This document shows positions 51,501 through 64,000 of a stretch of DNA of 64,000 nucleotides, one piece after another. The stretch's first letter is position 1. The number at the start of each line of letters is the position of its first letter. The position numbers and the translations under genes are program-made. This DNA comes from Azolla caroliniana. Its lineage: Eukaryota; Plantae; Polypodiophyta. The DNA lies in the NCBI GenBank assembly GCA_043228905.1, contig JBHGNT010000002.1, positions 11,098,001 through 11,162,000 of the forward strand. The letters run 5' to 3'. Below the pieces are notes generated by a model. That model was not told where the DNA came from. It searched no databases and saw nothing but the letters and a program-made list of their open reading frames with translations.

Positions 51501-54212
51501 AGATGTCATATTCATGGAAGACAAGACAATCGAGGACTGGGAGCAACAAAGACCAGAGTCGTCTCCCAAATCGATCACTGTTATGGAGTCAATACTAGTC
51601 GATCCGACTCCCACACAACAATCGGCTAATGAAATTGAATTTGAGTCGGTCGAAACCCAACAACAATCTGAGTCGGTCGACACCCAACATCTGACTGATA
51701 CACACGAATTGGAGTCGGAAGATGAGTTGCTGGAAGAAAACGGCCATCAGCCAATTATTGAAGGGAGAAGATATCCACGAAGACAAAGGAAGGTCTCTTC
51801 TAGATATCCAGCCAGTCAATATGTTCTCTTGACTGATGAAGGGGAACCAGAATGCTATGAAGAGGCCATGACTGATGTACACAAGGAGAAATGGTATAAT
51901 GCCATGCAAGAAGAAATTGATTCCTTGCATGAGAACCTAACTTATGAGCTGATGGAGTTGCCTGATGGTAAGAAGGCACTTAGAAACAAATGGGTCTACA
52001 AATTACAGACTGGTGAAGATGGTAGTACACCCAGGTATAAGGCCCGTATCGTCGTAAAGGGTTTCCAATAGAAAAAGGGTGTTGACTTTGATGAGATTTT
52101 TGCCCCAGTTGTAAAAATGACCTCTATTCGGACTTTCTTGAGTATGGCCGCTAGTATGAATCTTGAAATCGAACAACTAGATGTTAAAACAGCCTTCTTG
52201 CATGGTGAGCTAGAAGAGGAAATCTATATGCAACAACCGGAGGGCTTTGAGGTAAAAGGAAAAGAAAATCTCGTGTGTAGGTTGAAGAAAAGCATGTATG
52301 GTTTAAAGCAAGCTCCACGACAATGGTATAAGAAATTTGAGTCCTTCATGTTGGAACATGGATTCCACAAAACACAAGCCGATCATTGTGTATTTGTGAA
52401 AAGGTATAATGAGGGTGACTTTCTTATTCTGCTGTTGTATGTGGATGATATGTTGGTTGTTGGACAGGATGTCAAAAAGATTGCAAGCTTGAAGAAATCA
52501 TTGAGCAAATCATTTGCCATGAAAGACTTAGGACCGGCAAAACAGATTTTGGGAATGCATATAGTCCGGGACAGGACTGGAAACTTGCTATGGCTATCAC
52601 AAGAGAAATATGTGACAAAAGTTTTGCAAAGGTTTAATATGTGCGATGCAAAATCGGTCGGATCTCCATTGCCAATGGACTGTAAGTTAAATTCAGGACA
52701 ATGAAAGATAAGGCAGAGATGAGAAGAGTGTCGTATGCCTCTGCGGTTGGTAGCCTTATGTATGCTATGGTTTGCACAAGGCCGGACATTGCATTTGCTG
52801 TCGGGACAGTTAGTCGATACATGGGAAATCCTGGAAGGGAGCATTGGGAAGCTATGAAATGGATTCTTAGATACCTCAAAGGAACTTCGAATGTATGTCT
52901 TAGATATGGCTCCGGGAAACCTGTGCTAGAAGGTTTTACAGATTCTGACATGTCAGGTGATGTAGATTCTAGCCGATCCACATCAGGGTATGTGATGACG
53001 TATTCAGGGGGAGCTGTGTCATGGCAATCAAGATTGCAAAAGGTTGTGGCTTTGTCTACCACCGAGGCTGAGTATATGGCTGCAGTGGAAGCCGGAAAAG
53101 AACTGATTTGGATGAGAGAGTTCTTGAATGAACTAGGATTGAAGCAAGACAAGTACTTACTTCATTGTGACAATCAAAGTGCTATCCATCTGGCTAAAAA
53201 TGCTACCTACCACTCTCGTACAAAGCACATTCAAAGAAGGTACCATTGGTTAAGAGAAAGAGTGGAAGAAAATGAGTTTGTTCTATCTAAGATCCCCACT
53301 GAAGAAAATGGCTCAGACATGCTCACAAAAATTTTGCCTATGGAAAAACTTGTTGCATGCCGGAATAAGATTGGCTTGGTTGGTTCTCCCCCTACAGGAG
53401 TGAAGGGGGAGTTTGTTGTGTAAAGGCGTCCCTCCTTGCGGGGGAGTCGGCTGAAAAGTCGACTTGAGTGTCGACTGGTCGAAATGAGCCGAAAAGCCGA
53501 AAGGAGTCGAAAAACCGAATTACCGAATTTGGTCGAAATTCGGAAAGTAAAAGAATGGTCGGTTGCGAAGAACCGAATCGGGGGTTAGCTGATCGAATTT
53601 GGTGAGAGAGTCAAATTCGTATTCAGTCGAATAGACACACATATACATATACACATGTCTTCTACATTAAAAGAAGAAAATGACTTAGTATATATATGCT
53701 AACAGGCCTGGTAGTGCGCCTGTATGCGGGATAACTTACTAAGAGTGAAATAGTGAGAAAAGGGGAAAACGAATAGCGTATGTGTGGGTGTGAGATATAT
53801 ATATATATATCTGAGAGAAAAACGAGTAGAGTGTGTGTGGTAAATCTGAGAACGACTGGTTTTCTGCACAATAGTGGTTGTGTAAGAGTATACTTACTCA
53901 GAAGCTAAGTAAGAAGAAAAGAAGTGTGAAGCAAAAGAGAAAAAGACAGAGAAGCTTCGGAAGCTTCGGAAGGAATAGTCACCTGCGTGCTAGAGTTTGA
54001 AGAGCTTGACTGAAATTGTGGTTTCAGTACATGCTCATACCAAATCAGGTTTCATTGTTCTGTGATTGTATTCTGTCATTTCTCATAGTGAACTTTCTGT
54101 TCCGTGGTTTTTCCCTAAATCAGGGTTTTCCACGTAAATTGTGTGTTCTTTCTTATTTCCTGTTTGCGTCTAAGTTCAATTTCTGATTTCGAATCGGAGT
54201 GAAACTCTTTCA
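48550..54212 (+). mobile_element. Element H: near-intact Ty1/copia (Tnt1/Tork-like)
   Basis: LTRs 48550-49370 and 53414-54212; TSD CTGAG; PBS TGGTATCAGAGC 49374-49385; PPT about 53397-53411. Confidence 0.97.
49397..53423 (+). pseudogene. Element H gag-pol; frameshifts near 50050 and 52700, stop at 52069
   Basis: NY.DWK, CFYCGKLGHFQKNC, WVVDSGASFH, LWHKRLGH, FIDD, YVDD, FTDSD, SRTKHI. Confidence 0.95.
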
Positions 54213-54219
54213 CTGAGGA

Positions 54220-55050
54220 GATGGCCAAGACACGGCCGAGAGTATGACCAAGACGCGGCCGAGAGTACGGCCAAGTGATGGCTAAAAAACAACAACGGAG
54301 ACGCATGATGAAAAGCATAGCTGAGACACGGGGCCAAGTGTATGGCCGAGATGCGTGGCTGAGAGTATGGCCAAGTAGCATGACCATCACCACAACCAAA
54401 CTGTGCAAACCAAAATATGGCCAAGACGTGTGGCCCAGATGCGCGGCCCAGAATACGGCTGAGATGCGTGGCCCAAATGCGCGGCCCAAAATACGGCTCA
54501 GACGTGCAGCCAAGAATACGGCCAAGATTCGTGACTGAGACGTGTGGCCGAGAGTACGGCCAAGATGCGTTGCCAAGGCGCACGACCAAGACATGGCCGA
54601 GAAAACGAGACGTGGCCGAGATGCAGTTGAATGATTGCCACGAGACAGTCCAGAAACGACCAAGCAATGGTTTGGTTTCCATCGGACAGACAAAGACAAC
54701 CGAGAGAGCCAAACAGCCTGCGGAGAGAGCTGGCAGGTGGAGGAAGAGGAGGAAGAAGAACGCACAAGAAGAGAAGAACACACAAGAAGAAAAGAAAGAA
54801 AGAAAAAGATGCGTTGCCAAGGCGCACGACCAAGACATGGCCGAGAAAACGAGACGTGGCCGAGATGCAGTTGAATGGTTGCCACGAGACAGTCCAGAAA
54901 CGACCAAGCAATGGTTTGGTTTCCATCGGACAGACAAAGACAACCGAGAGAGCCAAACAGCCTGCGGAGAGAGCTGGCAGGTGGAGGAAGAGGAGGAAGA
55001 AGAACGCACAAGAAGAGAAGAACACACAAGAAGAAAAGAAAGAAAGAAAA
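54220..55050. repeat. Degenerate GGCCRAGA minisatellite plus a near-exact 244-bp tandem duplication (54562-54805 / 54806-55049)
   Basis: Direct comparison of the units. Confidence 0.85.
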
Positions 55051-56455
55051 AGAGAACACAGAAGGAAACGAAGAAAGAGAAGAGGGGTATGAAGAGAAAT
55101 TTCAAAAGCTCAAGGATATGACGTGAAATTTCAAAAGCTCAAGGGCATGACGTGAGATTTCAAAAAGTGGAGGGTAGAATGCAGAATTTTGAAAACTCAA
55201 GGGCCAAAAAAAAAACAACTTGAGGGTAAAAAGTTTAGAGACCAAGGGTACGAAATACAAAGCTCAATTCACATGACGAAACCGAAAAATACACATACAT
55301 GTAACAAAATCATGAAAGGCCCATGCCGCAATGGAGGATCCAATTGGTGTGTTATCCAATTGAGTGAATGAGAAGGTTGCAGTCAAGCAATGCTCTGATC
55401 GAAGTTATCGATCATAGAGCTATGATCTGGTCGATGGATTTCCGACCGATGGAGTTCCGGTCGTTAATAGTTGCCATGGCGAGTGGGTTCACCGTGCAAT
55501 GCACTGTCCAACAGGCGTGCCATGTGTTACCCGTAGGAGTTGTACGGCGCGGTATAAGTGTAAAACACGTTAGAGGGGTTGTTCGGTATGTGTAATGTAT
55601 ATGAGTGTGAGGATGAGTATGTGTGAGCACATGCACAATTATGTGTATGTGACAAGAATGTAACGGTCTCTTTTTGTAATGGACATATTATTTACCGTTA
55701 CATTATGTATAATTATATAAACCCCTTATGGGGCATGTAATGAAGATAGTTTTTTGCCCCTCTCAGTTGGTGTCATTTCCTATTTGTCTTTCTCTCTTGC
55801 TCTCTCCCTATCGTAACCCCCTTGGGAGGGGGGTGAAACCATTCTAGGCTTCACCCCCCACCCCAATAACATGCTATCAATGTCTCCAAAACAGGCTTTA
55901 AACTCGTTTATTAACTCTTCAAAATTATTTAGTAACAGAGATCTTTTTTCTAACAACGGAGCCAACCATGCCAAAGCTAAGCCACTCAACAACGTGCCTA
56001 CTAGACCCACTAGTGATACATTAGTGGGATATTGGGAAGGATGCATTTGAATGATTAATCGTACCTGATTAAGCAATCCTCTGAACTATGATCGCGTTCC
56101 ATCAAATTTGATAGGAAGGCAGATCTTGGGCTCTTTATGAATCCCTTGAGTACTTGGTCCTTGTTGGTACAATGCTACAATGGTTGTTTCAAGTTGTTGC
56201 ACATGTAATGCTAGCTCCCCATGTTCTTGTTGCAACTCCCCATGTTGTTGCGCTTGTTGCTTTTCTAAAGAGATTTGTTGAAGATCCCCCAACAACCATT
56301 GATTTTCTTGTTCCAATGACAAACTTTTCTTTCAAGCACTGTAGCTCCGAGGAAACAGATTGGTATTCTTGAACGTTAACAGTTGCCATAGTATTGGAGG
56401 AAGGAATGATAAGAAAATTAGTATGAAGGGAAGGTGGGATACGAAGTTGAAGACC

Positions 56456-56467
56456 AATTCGGTTCAA
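56456..56467 (-). other. Self-priming PBS of element C
   Basis: Element-sense TTGAACCGAATT, 2 nt after the 5' LTR, complements element-sense AATTCGGTTCAA in the LTR (37748-37737). Confidence 0.75.
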
Positions 56468-56914
56468 ATTATAAGGGATAGTACTAGAGGCAAGGAGAAT
56501 TAGTACTAAAGATAGAGAAGAAGAATGAAGATTAGTACTAAGAAGGGAAAGAGTGTGTGAGAATTACGAGAGAGGAGAGAGAGAGAGATATAATGATGAC
56601 AACAAGAAGTATATTACATTATATGAAGAAAGATACACGAACAACTAGGAGGGTTAAGACTGGTGTTGAACCGATTTGGTTCTCAATAATGCCATGTGCC
56701 TATGTTTATTGTGTGCTTAGGAGTACTCTTGACATTTCTAGAATGTTCCAAAGAAATCTAGAATATAAATGGATTTCCTAAGTGAAATAAGTATTGCAAA
56801 CAATATTTTTCATATTATAATGTATAGCTTAATGGTAGGGCTTCAACCATTGTGACACCTGGCAAGGTCATGGGTTCAAATCCTTTTGAAGCCATACCAT
56901 GCTATATCATGACA

Positions 56915-58797
56915 CATGTTGGATGATTCGGCGATGTCGAATCCTCCTCCCCTTCTTCGGGATCGATTGACAAACTGGTTGGTGCCTTGGTCGATTATGT
57001 TTGACGTTTCTGTACCTTAGCTAGTTTGGGTGATTTGGTCGTTTCGACTATGTTTCTTTCGCCTCTAGTCAATCTCGTAGTCGAAACAATGCTCGTAGAA
57101 GTTTAGCTTCGTTTGGAGTTTGGGGATGTTGTCGATCGCTGTTAGTCGGTCCATTCCGACTTGAGGCATATGGCCAAGTCGGCCATGCCATAAGTCCGAA
57201 TCAGACGATTCGGCTATCTACACAACCCCATATGGACTGATTGCTAGCAACAGATACAAGTTGTAGTGCTTGTGTCTGCACCCGATTTTCATGTTTCCTT
57301 AGTTGATCATCCATGACGACTCACTGAGAGTTGTTCGGTACCCGACTTCGACTAGCATGCTGATAGAGACTAGACTCCTCTTCAGCTCGGGTACATGCTG
57401 AACTCGGTGTAGGGTAATAATATTGTTGTTCAACAATTGGATGGGGACCTCTCCGATCCCTACGATGACGTATTTCTACTTGTTTCTTAACTGGATTGCG
57501 TCATTCGCTCCGGCCGAATAGTTCGAAAACCACTTGATATTTGGGGTTACGTGACATGTGGCACCAGAGTCCAATAGCCAAATTTGTGCGTCTTGCGGAC
57601 TGTAGAAAACTTCTCCGGTCGACGAAGCTTCTAGGGTGAGGATTTCTCCCAACCGGAATTCAACAACAATGACTTGGTTTCCAGTTACAGAACGGTTCGA
57701 GACGGATCGCCCTAAGTTCCGCTCAAATCGTTGACCGTTCTCCTTCGTCTTGGTGCGAGAGGTCACTTTATCCATCTCTCTCATCTTCATATTGAACAAT
57801 TGTTAGATACAGATGTTGGATCTATATGAGATTCTATTAGAGTGATGATCTAATGAAAGATTTATGACAAGGATAAAAGATAGAAACTGAGAAAGGAGAG
57901 AGAGAAAGAAGGGTGTCAATCCACCCGACCAGCTCCGAAGGAAGGGATCGAGACGGACTCAAGCCTCGATCGGTGTTCCATACCACAGCCATGGTATCGA
58001 GTCGTACCTGGTGTTGGCATGCTCGCTACAAGAGTTGACCCACCACACTATCAAAGTCTCGACGTAGTCGATAATGTGTCAAATGAGGGTAGCTAGGCCT
58101 CATATTTATAGCCAGACCTAAGGCCCCCATGCAAGTTCACATTTGGCCTAATGGGTTGTCTCAATCCCGAGGATTAAAAGTAATCCTCCCTTCTTTACGC
58201 TCGCATTTAACCCTCACACTTTATCCACGTCTATAGAATACTACGGTAAATTCTCACCACGGGATATTATATGGTCATGCCCATAACAGATTCGATCAGG
58301 AGGACTTCTTTTCGTAAATGGCTTGGAGTTTCTCCCACAAGGCAAATGTCGACGTCTTTTTGGCCAAGCTGAAGTAGACGTTCTCGTTCAAATGCATTCG
58401 GATGGTCGACCCACCTATTTCGTCCAGGGGGCGCCATTCATCAGCTGTTATTGAGGCTGACTTGTTGGTGTGTCGTATTGCCTTGATTCGTCGTCAGATG
58501 ATCAGTACATCTTGCATAATCTCCTTCCATAGGGCAAAGTTTTTACTGTCGAACTTTCGGATTCCTACTACTGTGTCAAATGTTGAAGCCATGTTCTTTT
58601 GGAAATGAGATTTGCTGACCGAGTCCCTTGAGCCTTTTCTTCTCTTCTCAGATTTATGCTACTATTGCGGCGGAACTGCAAGTTGCTCTGATACCACTTG
58701 TTGAATATGGAGTGAATACTGCATAAGTTGAGGACCTGTTGGTTAGTAAGACAAGCATGAAGTATAACAGATAGATAAGTTGATTAGGCAAAGAAAT

Positions 58798-58852
<55 letters not shown>

Positions 58853-59180
58853 TGTGCTCAAAAGAAGAATATATTGCATTAACCTTCACTCCTTTAAAAT
58901 ACTTGGTCTCTCAGTTATGTAGTTAGGGTAACTTAGCCCTACCTATGAGGACGTGTTCGCACTGAGATACAAGTGGGTAGAGTGGGACTTTTAGCCCAAG
59001 AACATGGACCGATCAGCTGGATAAGTCAAAAGCTGGATCAAACATAGGTCGATTGACTAGGTCTAAATCGGCTGAATAAGTTGTAAGCCGAATCGGCTGG
59101 CCAAGTCGAATGGAAGCTGACAAGCCGTTAGGAGCTTATATTCCTATTTTAGTAAATAGGAATATTATAGGTTGTCAACG
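56915..59180 (-). mobile_element. Degenerate copia 5' half: LTR about 58699-59180, PBS 58685-58696, gag/PR remnants
   Basis: GCTCTGATACCA next to TGTTGA; WLLDSGATCHVT; LFNMKMRE. Confidence 0.8.
57801..58288 (-). repeat. Solo LTR related to the 3625-4095 LTR family (repeated in each tandem unit)
   Basis: TGTTA...TAACA; shares TATAAATATGAGGC.TAGCTACCCTCAT; no TSD. Confidence 0.7.
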
Positions 59181-59333
59181 TTAGAGCTCATTCATGAGCA
59201 TTAAAGTACTGATAGTACTTGTGTCAACCCATTGTTAGGGCCTGTATAAAAACTGCTCACTGAGCACAGTTGTATGTACTAATTATTATTTTGTAATAGA
59301 AGTGCCATTGTCTACTCACAAACACTTGGGAAA

Positions 59334-59597
59334 ATGTTAGGGTACACAGAGGCCCTACCTATCACCAAAGCATGGAGGGTCGGGCGTGACACAACTAGGA
59401 AGAGAGCCTTAGTCCTTCAATTTAAAGACTTAGACTCTAGAATCACTTTCTTTCAGAAGAGACCAATCCTTCGAGGAATGGATGGGGACCCCATCTATCT
59501 CGATGAAGACCTCACTAAGATGCAAATTGAGCATCGCAAGAGTTGTATGCCACGAGTTATGCAAGCTCGTAAAGAAGGCCATCGCGCCTTTTTACGA
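59334..59597 (+). pseudogene. LINE ORF1-like fragment (RRM/CTD, L1/Tnp22-like); copies at 61584 and 63834
   Basis: AWRVGR....RALVLQF...LRG..IYLDEDLT.....RK......ARKEG..A pattern. Confidence 0.55.
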
Positions 59598-61049
59598 GCT
59601 GAATAAGTTGTAAGCCGAATCGGCTGGCCAAGTCGAATGGAAGTGGATGCTGAACTCGGTGTAGGGTAATAATATTGTTGTTCAACAATTGGATGGGGAC
59701 CTCTCCGATCCCTACGATGACGTATTTCTACTTGTTTCTTAACTGGATTGCGTCATTCGCTCCGGCCGAATAGTTCGAAAACCACTTGATATTTGGGGTT
59801 ACGTGACATGTGGCACCAGAGTCCAATAGCCAAATTTGTGCGTCTTGCGGACTGTAGAAAACTTCTCCGGTCGACGAAGCTTCTAGGGTGAGGATTTCTC
59901 CCAACCGGAATTCAACAACAATGACTTGGTTTCCAGTTACAGAACGGTTCGAGACGGATCGCCCTAAGTTCCGCTCAAATCGTTGACCGTTCTCCTTCGT
60001 CTTGGTGCGAGAGGTCACTTTATCCATCTCTCTCATCTTCATATTGAACAATTGTTAGATACAGATGTTGGATCTATATGAGATTCTATTAGAGTGATGA
60101 TCTAATGAAAGATTTATGACAAGGATAAAAGATAGAAACTGAGAAAGGAGAGAGAGAAAGAAGGGTGTCAATCCACCCGACCAGCTCCGAAGGAAGGGAT
60201 CGAGACGGACTCAAGCCTCGATCGGTGTTCCATACCACAGCCATGGTATCGAGTCGTACCTGGTGTTGGCATGCTCGCTACAAGAGTTGACCCACCACAC
60301 TATCAAAGTCTCGACGTAGTCGATAATGTGTCAAATGAGGGTAGCTAGGCCTCATATTTATAGCCAGACCTAAGGCCCCCATGCAAGTTCACATTTGGCC
60401 TAATGGGTTGTCTCAATCCCGAGGATTAAAAGTAATCCTCCCTTCTTTACGCTCGCATTTAACCCTCACACTTTATCCACGTCTATAGAATACTACGGTA
60501 AATTCTCACCACGGGATATTATATGGTCATGCCCATAACAGATTCGATCAGGAGGACTTCTTTTCGTAAATGGCTTGGAGTTTCTCCCACAAGGCAAATG
60601 TCGACGTCTTTTTGGCCAAGCTGAAGTAGACGTTCTCGTTCAAATGCATTCGGATGGTCGACCCACCTATTTCGTCCAGGGGGCGCCATTCATCAGCTGT
60701 TATTGAGGCTGACTTGTTGGTGTGTCGTATTGCCTTGATTCGTCGTCAGATGATCAGTACATCTTGCATAATCTCCTTCCATAGGGCAAAGTTTTTACTG
60801 TCGAACTTTCGGATTCCTACTACTGTGTCAAATGTTGAAGCCATGTTCTTTTGGAAATGAGATTTGTTGACCGAGTCCCTTGAGCCTTTTCTTCTCTTCT
60901 CAGATTTATGCTACTATTGCGGCGGAACTGCAAGTTGCTCTGATACCACTTGTTGAATATGGAGTGAATACTGCATAAGTTGAGGACCTGTTGGTTAGTA
61001 AGACAAGCATGAAGTATAACAGATAGATAAGTTGATTAGGCAAAGAAAT

Positions 61050-61102
<53 letters not shown>

Positions 61103-63299
61103 TGTGCTCAAAAGAAGAATATATTGCATTAACCTTCACTCCTTTAAAATACTTGGTCTCTCAGTTATGTAGTTAGGGTAACTTAGCCCTACCTATGAGG
61201 ACGTGTTCGCACTGAGATACAAGTGGGTAGAGTGGGACTTTTAGCCCAAGAACATGGACCGATCAGCTGGATAAGTCAAAAGCTGGATCAAACATAGGTC
61301 GATTGACTAGGTCTAAATCGGCTGAATAAGTTGTAAGCCGAATCGGCTGGCCAAGTCGAATGGAAGCTGACAAGCCGTTAGGAGCTTATATTCCTATTTT
61401 AGTAAATAGGAATATTATAGGTTGTCAACGTTAGAGCTCATTCATGAGCATTAAAGTACTGATAGTACTTGTGTCAACCCATTGTTAGGGCCTGTATAAA
61501 AACTGCTCACTGAGCACAGTTGTATGTACTAATTATTATTTTGTAATAGAAGTGCCATTGTCTACTCACAAACACTTGGGAAAATGTTAGGGTACACAGA
61601 GGCCCTACCTATCACCAAAGCATGGAGGGTCGGGCGTGACACAACTAGGAAGAGAGCCTTAGTCCTTCAATTTAAAGACTTAGACTCTAGAATCACTTTC
61701 TTTCAGAAGAGACCAATCCTTCGAGGAATGGATGGGGACCCCATCTATCTCGATGAAGACCTCACTAAGATGCAAATTGAGCATCGCAAGAGTTGTATGC
61801 CACGAGTTATGCAAGCTCGTAAAGAAGGCCATCGCGCCTTTTTACGAGCTGAATAAGTTGTAAGCCGAATCGGCTGGCCAAGTCGAATGGAAGTGGATGC
61901 TGAACTCGGTGTAGGGTAATAATATTGTTGTTCAACAATTGGATGGGGACCTCTCCGATCCCTACGATGACGTATTTCTACTTGTTTCTTAACTGGATTG
62001 CGTCATTCGCTCCGGCCGAATAGTTCGAAAACCACTTGATATTTGGGGTTACGTGACATGTGGCACCAGAGTCCAATAGCCAAATTTGTGCGTCTTGCGG
62101 ACTGTAGAAAACTTCTCCGGTCGACGAAGCTTCTAGGGTGAGGATTTCTCCCAACCGGAATTCAACAACAATGACTTGGTTTCCAGTTACAGAACGGTTC
62201 GAGACGGATCGCCCTAAGTTCCGCTCAAATCGTTGACCGTTCTCCTTCGTCTTGGTGCGAGAGGTCACTTTATCCATCTCTCTCATCTTCATATTGAACA
62301 ATTGTTAGATACAGATGTTGGATCTATATGAGATTCTATTAGAGTGATGATCTAATGAAAGATTTATGACAAGGATAAAAGATAGAAACTGAGAAAGGAG
62401 AGAGAGAAAGAAGGGTGTCAATCCACCCGACCAGCTCCGAAGGAAGGGATCGAGACGGACTCAAGCCTCGATCGGTGTTCCATACCACAGCCATGGTATC
62501 GAGTCGTACCTGGTGTTGGCATGCTCGCTACAAGAGTTGACCCACCACACTATCAAAGTCTCGACGTAGTCGATAATGTGTCAAATGAGGGTAGCTAGGC
62601 CTCATATTTATAGCCAGACCTAAGGCCCCCATGCAAGTTCACATTTGGCCTAATGGGTTGTCTCAATCCCGAGGATTAAAAGTAATCCTCCCTTCTTTAC
62701 GCTCGCATTTAACCCTCACACTTTATCCACGTCTATAGAATACTACGGTAAATTCTCACCACGGGATATTATATGGTCATGCCCATAACAGATTCGATCA
62801 GGAGGACTTCTTTTCGTAAATGGCTTGGAGTTTCTCCCACAAGGCAAATGTCGACGTCTTTTTGGCCAAGCTGAAGTAGACGTTCTCGTTCAAATGCATT
62901 CGGATGGTCGACCCACCTATTTCGTCCAGGGGGCGCCATTCATCAGCTGTTATTGAGGCTGACTTGTTGGTGTGTCGTATTGCCTTGATTCGTCGTCAGA
63001 TGATCAGTACATCTTGCATAATCTCCTTCCATAGGGCAAAGTTTTTACTGTCGAACTTTCGGATTCCTACTACTGTGTCAAATGTTGAAGCCATGTTCTT
63101 TTGGAAATGAGATTTGCTGACCGAGTCCCTTGAGCCTTTTCTTCTCTTCTCAGATTTATGCTACTATTGCGGCGGAACTGCAAGTTGCTCTGATACCACT
63201 TGTTGAATATGGAGTGAATACTGCATAAGTTGAGGACCTGTTGGTTAGTAAGACAAGCATGAAGTATAACAGATAGATAAGTTGATTAGGCAAAGAAAT

Positions 63300-63352
<53 letters not shown>

Positions 63353-64000
63353 TGTGCTCAAAAGAAGAATATATTGCATTAACCTTCACTCCTTTAAAAT
63401 ACTTGGTCTCTCAGTTATGTAGTTAGGGTAACTTAGCCCTACCTATGAGGACGTGTTCGCACTGAGATACAAGTGGGTAGAGTGGGACTTTTAGCCCAAG
63501 AACATGGACCGATCAGCTGGATAAGTCAAAAGCTGGATCAAACATAGGTCGATTGACTAGGTCTAAATCGGCTGAATAAGTTGTAAGCCGAATCGGCTGG
63601 CCAAATCGAATGGAAGCTGACAAGCCGTTAGGAGCTTATATTCCTATTTTAGTAAATAGGAATATTATAGGTTGTCAACGTTAGAGCTCATTCATGAGCA
63701 TTAAAGTACTGATAGTACTTGTGTCAACCCATTGTTAGGGCCTGTATAAAAACTGCTCACTGAGCACAGTTGTATGTACTAATTATTATTTTGTAATAGA
63801 AGTGCCATTGTCTACTCACAAACACTTGGGAAAATGTTAGGGTACACAGAGGCCCTACCTATCACCAAAGCATGGAGGGTCGGGCGTGACACAACTAGGA
63901 AGAGAGCCTTAGTCCTTCAATTTAAAGACTTAGACTCTAGAATCACTTTCTTTCAGAAGAGACCAATCCTTCGAGGAATGGATGGGGACCCCATCTATCT

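Larger units (their letters stand above)
46902..55871 (+). mobile_element. Element F: non-autonomous LTR element with host-gene fragments and a nested copia
   Basis: Direct LTRs 46902-47192 and 55525-55871 (TGTTA...TAACA); CTTT-TGGCATGCTTG after the 5' LTR; no TE coding of its own. Confidence 0.8.
37519..56914 (-). mobile_element. Element C: old Tcn1-like chromovirus with nested insertions
   Basis: Related LTRs 56470-56914 and 37519-37968; PPT complement 37969-37983; gag pieces 56390-55872, 46901-46713 and from 45989 join colinearly with A gag; pol/chromodomain remnants 40174-38030; no clean 5-bp TSD. Confidence 0.8.
57395..64000. repeat. Tandem array of a 2.25-kb composite unit (starts 57395, 59647, 61897; runs off the window)
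   Basis: Periods 2252 and 2250; only a few differences seen. Confidence 0.97.

Noticed and set aside
54220-54620. CRISPR-like array
   Set aside because: Degenerate short repeats with no unique spacers, in a eukaryotic TE context.
54115-55126. Long overlapping ORFs (up to 314 aa) on both strands
   Set aside because: Produced by stop-poor minisatellite and the 244-bp duplication; no domain recognisable.
56915-56919. TSD for element C
   Set aside because: CATGT versus CCCAT do not match; the LTR pairing rests on colinear internal sequence instead.

Overview
Gene-free, heterochromatin-like plant DNA made almost entirely of nested, mostly degenerate LTR retrotransposons. A non-seed plant such as a fern or lycophyte is inferred from the Tcn1-like chromoviruses and a PLS-type PPR fragment. 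Main components: (1) the 3' end of a copia element whose LTR is split by a young Tcn1/sushi-like chromovirus A (1658-15181, TSD CTAGA), which itself holds a solo LTR and a second chromovirus (3625-10635, TSD CCGAG); (2) duplicated copies of a Tcn1/copia/solo-LTR composite (15.3-21.9 kb; inverted copy at 40.2-45.8 kb); (3) non-chromoviral Athila/Tat-like gypsy remnants on both strands (22-36.7 kb), with a minus-strand copia inside; (4) an old minus-strand Tcn1-like element C (37519-56914) carrying four nested insertions, including a non-autonomous element with a PPR fragment and a near-intact Tnt1-like copia (48550-54212, TSD CTGAG); (5) a nearly perfect 2.25-kb tandem array. The most notable signals are cis-acting. 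One gypsy family has a sense copy of a tRNA 3' end (...GGCGTGCCA) where the polypurine tract should be. Four different LTR families carry outward-pointing tRNA-like Pol III A/B-box cassettes. Elements A and C have Tf1-type self-priming sites with compensatory changes, heat-shock elements and a conserved gag/pol frameshift hairpin. All alignments were done by eye.
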